From Eledone cirrhosa (lineage: Eukaryota), in assembly GCA_964016885.1 (NCBI GenBank), contig OZ024740.1, positions 289,974,001 through 290,038,000 of the forward strand: a DNA stretch of 64,000 nt, read 5' to 3'. The notes below the pieces were generated by a model. It was not told the DNA's origin and made no database searches. It saw nothing but the letters and a program-made list of their open reading frames with translations. Below are positions 53,681 through 64,000 of the stretch, in pieces (the first letter of the stretch is position 1; each line of letters opens with the position of its first letter). The position numbers were made by a program, and so were the translations under genes.

Positions 53681-54139
53681 ACTAAGTAACACACGTATGT
53701 GACTAACTTAAATGTAAATGCATAATCGTTGCTCTCTCCGCCACTCTTCCATTTTGTCGTATGTGGATCTGGCTTACTCTTCTTATATAAAAGACAGAAA
53801 AATAAACCCATTCATATCTAACGAATCATTCATAAACGTACAGACAATTTCGACTTTTACATTATTTATTCTTCATCTGCCACCGTAATGACGTCATAAT
53901 TACGTCATCTCGAGCCAGTATTTCATTTTTATATTGTTTTCTGTATTTTATATTTTTCGCCTTAAATTTTCAGTTTTCATTTCGTTTAAAAATGAGGTTT
54001 AATAACAACAATACCAATTATTTATTTACTAGGGCTGAAACATAAGGGACAATACAAAAACAGGCACAGTGGAGATTCATGAATAATTTATAAAACGTGT
54101 AAACATGCAAAACAGGTAACAATTAAGAATTAACAATAA

Positions 54140-56000
54140 TAGTTTCCTCGGCCCATTACTGGGTAAGAGTGACTCTGCTAGTTAACTCGTCCAAGTTACT
54201 ATCTACCTGGAGGTCTAGGCAGAACCAGATCCTGCACGCCTTGATTGGTCCGTCCATCCAGCGTCCGACCATGGTCCGACGGCGCTATTGAACGACATGG
54301 ATTTGCTTCTCCGGGTGCCAAGATGCAAACCCAACGACTTAATCTTTTGCTCCCGTGAAATTTTCAGATTCCTCTAAGACATTGCCGACCCGACTTCTGA
54401 AATGTTCGACACCATCACGGTGATGTCATCCGCTGAAACAGCCCTCCACGACCCCGTTCGAGTGGGATGCCCTGTAACAGATCCAGCTTCCACAGTAATG
54501 GCTCGAACACCAGCACATACAGAAGAGAGGATAGAGGGCATCCTAGACGGAACGAATACGTGATCTGAAACGGTTCTGATATTTGGCAATTTACTCTGAC
54601 CACCGAGCAGAGGCCGCTGTGCATTGCAGCACTCCAGCCTCTGTATTCGGGATGGAAGCCGACTGTCTTGGGGAGAGCCTCCAGGTAACGATGGTCGACG
54701 ATATCGAAAGCTTTCAGTTAATCTAAATTGATCAGAGCTCCAAGCCAGGTTTACTGACTATACTCTCTATGATGTATAGCATAAGGTGAAGGTTGTCGAA
54801 CCTGATCAGCATTACACATGTTGTTAGTATCTTGGCCAAAATAATAATTCTGCTATGGGTCGGAACTTATCAACAACAACCCCCTTTTCTCGTCTTTCTT
54901 CATCAGCATTACTACACTACGTGTCACGGAGCTAGGAATTCTCCCGTTCTGTTGCCATTTCCAGTAGACAGCATCGCGGACATCGGAAAACAAATCAGGC
55001 ACGTCTACGTAAAATTCAAACCGGGTTATTTTCCTCTCAGACAGCTGATGAGGCGTTCCAGTATCTCAGCTACTGTTATCAGACGTCAATTGATAGGGAC
55101 CATAGTGCGCTACAGTTTACAATATCCGTTCGCTCCGAACTGTTGTGAAAAGATTTGCTGAAAAGCCGCACACATCTACTTGGAATCGGGCCTACCTCGG
55201 CCCGTAAAAGACTGAACCATGGTTTTCTTGCAGCGCTGCGCCTCTGCCATTCAGGTCCATTGAACGGCTTTCGTTCCCTCGTCTCTTTGGGGATGCACTT
55301 TAGCTCTAACAATACATCCTTCGTGTTTCGTATTGGGCCGTTCTCGCAGCTAGTACGCCAACTGCAATGCCACTCCTAATCACCTCTTCTATATTATCTA
55401 TTAACTCAACCATTGTTCTATTTTTCCTAGCACTACTTCTTTACTTAACACTTTTTATTCTGCTCTAATCACTTTTTAGAGGGCCCCACCACCTGTTGTT
55501 GACGACAGCCTCTTTCAAGTGGTGCTTAACTAATTTTCTAATCTGATCGCCGTAGGTTTTATGCGCCGGGAACGACACCTTAAGCTTCTAGCAACCGGCT
55601 CTCTGCCTACGTGTTCTATCTAGGTCAACTATGTGGATCCAAGTCGTTTACCGTAGAAGGCAGAATGCTCTCAGGTGGGTTGTTGCCCCACATCGATGAC
55701 ACCTAAATATTTTGCCCTCTATGACCACACGTAACTCCACGTCATCCGGAAGGCGAATCAAGTCTAGGATTTTGTCAATCGTCTCGAGTTTAATCTGGAG
55801 AGTAATTCCAGAATGATTCCAGACCAGTTCTCCTCCGGGTACTCTTTACTTTCAGAAGAGTTTCATTGACAATGCCCCCCCCCCCCCCCCCCAAGCCGAT
55901 GCATGCTAGGATCCACCTGATGTTTAATACTGGCGGAATCCCAGCAATTCGGACATTCACCGTCCTTCTTTCCATGTAAGAGGAAAACACTACAGGGAAC
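54140..56000 (-). pseudogene. Older decayed Tx1-clade LINE (RT region; possible ORF1 remnant at 55790-56000)
   Basis: HSGLCSVVRVNCQISEPFQITYSFRLGCPLSSLLYVL and SADDITVMVS homologous to 28.0-28.3 kb; ORF1 assignment tentative. Confidence 0.8.
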
Positions 56001-56950
56001 TACAGAGTACTTTTTTGCAAGGGCCTCACTTTGAAAAAGCCCTGAGATGTTCCCAAACTGCTTGGCCCTTGCAATGTGTTGTATGTCTTTCAGAACTATC
56101 CATGTGATATTGTTGCACCAGCTTCGTTATTTTTATTTCATACTGATACACCTGTAGGTTAAGGTTCTTTCTATCAGTTGCTGTCAACATCTCAGGCAGA
56201 ACACAAATATACATAAATAAGATATAGTTGAAACATAAAAATGAAAGCAAACCACTCACACACAGGTGGCAAGCTGGAACCTATGTTTGATCAGGGCACC
56301 CGATAATCCTGACCCCCTTTCACTTTCATGTACTATGTCTTCAAGTGCTGAAATTGGTCGACCCTGTAGAGATAAGGAGCAATTCTGGTGTCAGAATAGT
56401 TGATTTTCCTTGTAGTTGAGCCAGAGTAATTCATAACCATGGAAGGGCCTTTTAACCAGCAGTTTATTTTCACACAATTGTAGCCCATCTCCCCAATGAC
56501 CTGCGTATTTTCCTGTATCCTTCTACAAGTAGTTTAAATCATCTACCATCTAATTATTTTCTATTCGAAAGATCGTGATCTTCATACATCTCCAGAAGAT
56601 CAGCTCCTTTTTACACACTTTGCGCGCCTTAGCATTTGTTTTATTGAGTATCTTGACTGACCTTGATAATGTCCACCCAAGATTTAAAATATAAACTGAA
56701 AACAAAACAAAACAAAACAAAACAAAAAATAATAACTGCCCTCCTTCCCTTGATATTATATCTTCGTCGATGAAGACTAGAGGTTCAACGCGTTCCATAA
56801 GGTTTCTTGTTGAAGAAGAATCCTAAATAATATTTCTTTTAATTGTGTTTGGTAAAATAAAAAAAACACCCAAAATAACGACAACAAAAAAATCCCAAAT
56901 CCTTAGAGCGAGACGAGGACGTATCTAATCACAGCTCCTTTCCATAATAA

Positions 56951-57134
56951 TTGTTTCTACTTTTGGCACAAGGTACTTTATTACCAGGTACTTTATTACT
57001 GGTACTTTATTTTATCGACCCCGTAAGGATGAAAGGCAAAGTTAACCTCGGCGGGATTTGAACTGAGTCCGTAAAGGGACGTAACTCTGTGCTGCAAAGC
57101 ATGTTGTCCGACCCTCTACCGATACTGCCAATCC
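56951..57134 (-). mobile_element. SINE with TSD
   Basis: TTTCCATAATAAT on both flanks. Confidence 0.88.
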
Positions 57135-57867
57135 TCTTTCCATAATAATACGAGGTAAACGTAATGTCGTTTTAACAACGAAGCTAAACGATAAGGCAAT
57201 TTCAAAATGGCTGTCTTAGTTATCAAAACATTAATACAAAAAAAAAACGACAAAACAATGAAACAGCAACAAATAAACAAAAATAAATCTAACCCCACAC
57301 CACAACCTATGAAAAAGTACATGAAAATGTAGGTGAAAAAAATCTCAATCATACAATGAATCCCTCAAACAATGCACAAATCAATAAACACAGCTGCGAA
57401 TCAACAAATTCAGGATGAGAAAAATACGACTGCAGAATAACAATGTAGATGACTATATAAAACAGAAAAGACAACTTAGTAATTTGTTGATGTTCGCCTG
57501 CAATTTATCCAATTGATAAATGTAGTAAATATGAAAGCAAGATGTATATTCGAATATATTATTAGCTTTGTTTGATCCTTCCTCTTTTTTTCTTCGTTTT
57601 CCTTTTTATGGCAATTATCCTTTTATTATTCTTATTGATCTTTCTTATCTCCCTTTTCTTTTTCTTTCCCGATGGCCGTGTTTATAAGAAGTTTTATTCA
57701 CAATCAAGTGGTTCTATGTTCAATGGCAATATGCGGCATCTTCGACATGTTTCACATCGTGGAAACCATACTCTTGTAAGCGGTATTCACACACATACAT
57801 ATACTTACACACTCACACGCACACACATAAACACACACACACACACACACACACCACATATGTATAT

Positions 57868-58413
57868 TAGGGTGTTCCTTTTTGCAAGCTATTCGCCAAT
57901 CGTTTCATGTCGATTAAATCTGTGTTCAAGTGGATGAAACAACGATGTATGCCGAATAATATTTAGGGGTTGCATACCTTCACATCTTTTTATTTATGAC
58001 AACTTTTGTTTATGTGGCATATAGTATATTGTCCTTTCTGTAGACCTTACTGAATCCAATGAGGAAACCGCACGACAGAACGAGATGAAATGAAAATAAG
58101 CAGGAAGAGTAAGTTATAAATCTATATATTACTAAAAGTCTGTGATTGCTTGCTTGCTTGTATGTGATATAATACAGCCAAAAGGGCGCATAATGGGAAA
58201 ATACTTTGAAAGGAAGTTGTCCCTGAAATGGGAATACAAATGGAATAAAACAAGTTTCGCATAAATCGAAGCACGGATTCCCGAGATATGGGGTTTTCTG
58301 GGTACCTTCATCAACAGAGAGAGAGAGAAGGATAGAGAGAAAGAGATAGTGGTTGTGAGAGAGTAGATTGAAAGAGAGTCATAGAGAGAGGAGATGAGAC
58401 AGGGAAGGAGAAT

Positions 58414-58448
<35 letters not shown>

Positions 58449-59860
58449 GGTGGTGTTGTTGTGTATATATATATGTGAGTGTGTGTGTATATATGTGTGT
58501 GTATGTATATGTGGGTGTGTGTATGACCAGTGTATATAGATCACAGGCACCCCCACACATATATATACACACAAATACATATATATACATATGAATACAA
58601 ACACACACATTTATATATATACATACACACACGTATATATATGGGCCTTCCAGTTTCTTTCACATTATATACATTTCTGTGTATATTTTAATTATTTAAA
58701 CATTATAAAAAAAAAATTGAAAAATATATTTTGAAGTGAATGTGACCCAAGGGGTCACCGGTAGTCTAGTATACAATAATATAGCGTTAAAGACAAAAAT
58801 CATTTTTATGAATGAAATGTATAACCAGAAATCACTTTTTGTAGATATCTTGACTTACATGGTGTAAACTTAAGTTGTTCTTTGAAGAGAACTATTTTGA
58901 TCACATATATGACCTTAGCCATCTAACGAGCCTGCTGTTTACCTCCTGGGACGAAGAAGGAGAACTGGGGAGATGGCCAACCATCAAGATAGAGAAGAAA
59001 GAGCTTCATGAACTCAGCATAGTCTTCTCAGGGATGATCTTCAGAAAGTAGTACCGTCAGTAGATATTCAACCATCTCTTGCCTCTTTTGCTTGTAGAAC
59101 TTTTCCATGGGTTCATCATCATCCAGGATAGTTTGAGAATAAGACTTATCTATGGACTTCATAAGTTCCAGGAACCTTTTGAACATTGGGATACTGGGAC
59201 CAGATGATGGGAAAAAGATCCCAGAGACTTTCTTCAAAACCGCTGCAAAAGTGTGATGGCGGCAAGCCAGCCACAAAAGGTTTTTTTTCAGAGTTGCTTC
59301 AATGTTTTTACTGGCTTCTTGTGTGTTGGTGTTACTGGCGATGGTGTCGAACGACACACCAATTATTTTATCCTCAATTTTGAGTCATTGAATTTCCTTC
59401 AAAACAACTTTAATGACTTGTCGTCCGGTTCCAACTTTTGCAATAGGAACACATAAGAGCTCCTCATTTCCTTTTTCTGTAACTAAAACTACAATCCGAT
59501 CTTCGTGTGTGTTGGGTCGGGAAGCCGATAGTAATAATTCTCCATCCCAGTGGAGGACTAGCCAAGATTTGTCTTCAGATGGGGAAAGCGGAAAACTGGT
59601 TTTCCTGGGCATTCATCTCACCGTGACTTTTTATTGCTCGATAAACAACTGAGCAGGGTAATCGAAAGTTCAGAGACATCATGACCAAGGCTATCCACAT
59701 GTTCTGCATCAATACCAGCCGTGATTGAAAACATCCGATATTTCTGCTGAGTCTCTAGGGAAGGTTTGTCTTCAGATAGGACACCCTTTCGTCCCAGAAC
59801 GTCCTGGCTTGCAATGTCAAACATTTCCTCGAGATCACCTTTCTAAATTTCCAGATGCGC
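57868..59860 (-). pseudogene. hAT-superfamily (hATm-like) DNA transposon relic, interrupted by a Helitron
   Basis: LHWDGELL..DRIVVLV..ELLCVP..GTG; MSFDTIASNT..LLWLACRHH..SGP..FKRF; putative terminus TAGGGTG at 57868. Confidence 0.78.
58121..58769 (+). mobile_element. Non-autonomous Helitron
   Basis: A|TC start, hairpin GTGACCC-AAG-GGGTCAC, CTAG|T end. Confidence 0.9.
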
Positions 59861-59873
59861 GCACACACGCACA

Positions 59874-59919
<46 letters not shown>

Positions 59920-59973
59920 CACACACACACACACAAGCACCCCCACCCACACACAAATATATTATATGTATTT

Positions 59974-60290
59974 TAGAGCGTTGGACTTAAAATCGTGAGG
60001 TTGTGAGTTCGATTTCTGGACCGGACAGTTTGTTGTATTCTTGAGCAAGACACTTTACTTTACGTTGCTCCAGTTTACTCAGCTGTAGAAATGAGTTGCG
60101 ACGTCACTTGTGCTAAGTTGTATCGGTCTTTCCCTTTCTCTTGGACAACATTGGTAGCGTGCAGAAGAGAGACCGATATGCATGGGCAACTACTGGTCTT
60201 CCACAAACAACCTTGCCTGGGCTTGTGCCTCGGAGGGAAACTTTCTATGAACAAATCCCATGGTCATTCATGACCCAAGGGGGTCTTTAT
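59974..60290 (+). mobile_element. CORE-like tRNA SINE
   Basis: GAGTTCGATT B-box; CTTGAGCAAGACACTTTACTTTACGTTGCTCCAG domain. Confidence 0.75.
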
Positions 60291-60328
60291 ATATATATAT
60301 ATACACACAGACACACATATATATATAT

Positions 60329-60359
<31 letters not shown>

Positions 60360-60370
60360 CACACAGACAC

Positions 60371-60403
<33 letters not shown>

Positions 60404-60416
60404 TATATATATATAT

Positions 60417-60564
<148 letters not shown>

Positions 60565-60642
60565 CGCCCTTCGGTCACGAATGACCATGGGATTTGTACC
60601 TAGAAAGTTCCCCTCTGAGGTACACACACAAACATACATATA

Positions 60643-60709
<67 letters not shown>

Positions 60710-62794
60710 TGTTTTTTAATTCGTTTTGCAAGATTCCTTATCTGAAAACGAATGTGCAAACAGATATTGTTATACTTTGATAGGGTCACTGCCAATAAAA
60801 ACACACGTACCTCACGTGTACACTTCAATTTATTATAAATTTCCGGTTGGTTGTTTAGTTGCTTCGATAACCAGATGGTTGTTTATATATTGTCAAAACT
60901 ATTTCGTCACACATTGTGACCTCAGTGACGGGGTTCTTTATTTTGTGTCTCTCCTTTATTCTGTCCTACACCATCTTGTTTTTGTGTGTTTTGTGATGTG
61001 CGCTTAAATTGCTCATGCGTTACTTCCGTGTGTGTGTGTTTTTATCTGTTTATTTATGTGTTTATTTACTTTCACTAGTTGGTTGTTTGTTCTATCTGTG
61101 TATGTCTGATTTGTCTTGTTATTTTGGTTTTTGTGAGTGTCTGTATGTCTTCATTTTGTCCTTAATTACTAGTTGTGATGTTGTTGCTATTCCACTCATG
61201 TTTTGGATATAATTTTTATCTCTATGTTCTCTAATGTGCCCCTATGTTCTATTTTTGCATGTTGGTGGAGTACTGATGAGTTTTTCCCATCATGGAGTTC
61301 GCGCCAGTGTTCACTTATCCTTTCTCCTATGCTACGGGCTGTTTCACCTATGTATGTTATGTTCTTATTCCTACACTGTCCCTCAGTAGATCTTATGATA
61401 TATACTACGTTCCTAGTTGTGCAGTTAGTTTGCAGGCTTAGCATTTCCTAACAGTGAAGGTGGTTCTTTGAAATGGGTATGTTTTACTAATTAGGGTTTT
61501 TATGGGAATACCTGGTCTTTCAACTATCTTAATATTTAATTTGAGCTTGTCTAGGGCCTTTCTAACTCTGCAAGCTAATTCGCCTCTAGGGGTTGTATTG
61601 ACGAACATTACACTCTGGTATTTATTGCTATCGTAGCATGAGTTAATTTTGTTTGCCTCATTTCTGCTCCTTTCTGTTCTGTTCCAACAGTTGCTCCTAT
61701 ACATGGGACAAGTCCCATTTGCATCATTTTCTACAATCCTTGCCTATTTGGTACTTTCTCCTTTATATACCCTGATCTTGACTCGCTGATTGTAGCCAGA
61801 GAACTGCATGCGGTGGATGAAGTGTTGTATGTGCCTCTCTCATTCTCTAGGGTTGCACATGGGGGACACGTTCCTCATCACTCTTACTAAGTTTGTTGAT
61901 TTTTGTGTGATCCGAAACAGCTGAGTTTCGGTGGATCGGGTACTTGGAGGTCATGGGTTTGGCATAATGCGAATGGAGGATTTGCGTTCTATTACTAATA
62001 GTTTACAAGCAGAGCTCTGTGTCTAGTACGAGTAATGTATGGTTGAGGTGTTTAGTTGGGTAGTCTATAGTAACTTTAATACTCTGGTGGATGGAGTTAG
62101 CTATTTGCTGGATGCCTTCCATGGTATTCTTCTCTAATTCCTGACTCTTCTCCTGTGGGGTGTTTTTACTATGATGTTTATGTCATCTATGTAGCGGGAG
62201 TACATAGTCATGGTTATACAATTGTCATCTAATTGTTTCTTAAGTCTTCTGTCCCTCCATACCATAAAGAGGTTAGCTATGTCACCTGCAATGCTAACGC
62301 CAATGGCTGCCCCATCCTCTTGGGCATGTTTTGCCATTAAACTTGAACAATGTTCCTTAAGAGATAGTTTTATATTGGTCCCCACCGCATGTGCGATAAT
62401 TTTCTTTAATTCATCATGGTTTTCAGGGTTCCGTATGGCTCTGGTCCACCCGCCCCATCTTTCGGTGTGGGTTTTCTTGGCCATTGAGGTCATGTGTGTC
62501 TAAATAATCTTTATTGTGTGTGAATTTAAATAGGAGTCCCAGCTCACAAAACACAACACACAAAAACAAGATAGTGTAGGCCAGAACGAAGGAGAGAAGC
62601 AAAATTTAAAAAAATCGGTCACTGAGGAGGTCACAGAATGTGTGATGAAAGAGCTTCGACAATATATAAACAACCATCCAGTTATCGAAACAACTAATCA
62701 ACCAACCGGAAATTTGGAAATTTATAATAAATGGAAATGAAAACCAGCAGGTGCGTGTGTTTTTATTGGCAGCATGACCCTCCCAAAGTATAAC

Positions 62795-62797
<3 letters not shown>
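60710..62797 (-). mobile_element. Penelope-like retroelement: inverted 5' pLTR + partial RT + GIY-YIG + 3' pLTR
   Basis: RT DGAAIGVSIAGDIANLFM..YSRYIDDI (62134-62493); GIY-YIG NVVYIIR..YIGETARSIGERISEH (61203-61444); pLTR on minus 60710-61203, inverted pLTR on plus 62545-62797 with hammerhead 62618-62660; (TA)n at both ends; frameshifted. Confidence 0.92.
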
Positions 62798-62837
<40 letters not shown>

Positions 62838-62847
62838 TATGTATGTA

Positions 62848-63024
62848 TTTAAAAGGTAAACAGAAATAACAACACAATCGGTACAGTATATGGAAGGGAT
62901 ATATTAGGTTAACGCTTAATATAAGAGGAAGGGAGTTCTAACGTTTCTGACGCTAGACCTTCATCAGAAGGAAGAATGAGAAATAAGATAGATTGAGAGG
63001 ATGGGTGGGCTGGAATTGGAAAAA

Positions 63025-63025
<1 letters not shown>
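62848..63025 (-). mobile_element. Small (TA)n-embedded element with hammerhead-like motif (also 18150-18263, 21605-21900)
   Basis: Reverse complement CTT-CTGATGA-A-GGTC/TAGC/GTCA-GAAA-CG-TT; about 110 bp nearly identical to 18155-18263. Confidence 0.6.
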
Positions 63026-63063
<38 letters not shown>

Positions 63064-64000
63064 AAATTAAACTAAGGGTGTCATGTCAGAGAGAAATGCA
63101 CCATATCCACTGTAGAATATGCTCCAAGATTCCAATGAATAGATCCAAGCATTTTATATCAACTAGAAATTGATTGACATATATATATATCTAAAATAAA
63201 CTTATATATATATATATATATAATATATAATATATATATATTGATGATCGCGAATAAATGGCTATCGTTTATTTATCTAGTATTTCTTCACAGGTGCCTT
63301 TTTAATCTTATAGCCTGGTTTAATTGTTTTTTTTTTGAGTGGTTGATTATGCTAATTGGGAAAGGAAATGGAGTATATATCTTATCAAATGATTCTAAGG
63401 ACATAATTTATAGTATATTGCTCTGATTATTTAATTTATTAATTCACCATTGAGCCACATCGTGAATGGTTGCCAATAACATATCTATAACTTTGTCTAG
63501 TTTGTGTATATGTAAATCTTTATATTTGATAATCTCCCATAAGGTTGAGATGCAATTTGGGCAATATTGGGCTGCGCTTTCTAGCAACCAGCCTACTAGC
63601 CGTAAGGCACCAATCTCATTCTTTCTGACTTGACCACTGCCACGTCACAGCTTTTAGCCATTTTGAATTCGTTTCTGGCGGGGATCATTTAAGAAAAATC
63701 TTTGTCCAAGTGAGTTTGTTTCCTGATGAGTTCAAAGCTCAAGAATTTATCCTTGATAGGATATTTCCGAAAGCGAACGAAACCCTAAGGGTATAAAAGT
63801 AATCGTGGTATGTGTATATGCATTTTTTCTTCTAACTTTAATTTTATACCTAATTGTGTATGGCTGACGATATATTTAATCGATTTCCACGTGCTATTGA
63901 AATGATGGGTAAATATTCTATGGCTGTTGATCGCGAATAAATGGCTATCGTTTATTTATCTATTATTTCTTCACAGGTTCCTTTTAATCTTATAGCCTGG

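Overview
Repeat-saturated, AT-rich eukaryotic genomic DNA with no recognisable host protein-coding gene. The SINE families and microsatellite load resemble an octopod cephalopod (inference). Almost all ORFs in the track are microsatellite artefacts. Supported content: about 15 tRNA-derived SINEs including an inverted/tandem cluster at 3.8-5.7 kb; a head-to-tail stack of three Tx1-clade LINEs ending in (ATCT)n, one with near-complete ORF2 and a 16-bp TSD; an older Tx1 copy; RTE and CR1-like relics; mariner/Tc1 MITEs; a hATm-like transposase relic; five non-autonomous Helitrons; and Penelope-like elements (GIY-YIG + RT + pseudo-LTRs). The most striking signal is about 17 minimal type I hammerhead ribozyme motifs from about 7 apparently unrelated sequence families, including a U3-A8 core variant with stem II covariation. 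Most sit in small non-coding, often fold-back elements embedded in (TA)n tracts, suggesting a diverse population of ribozyme-bearing non-autonomous Penelope-like or retrozyme-like elements. All folds were read by eye and none is experimentally verified.
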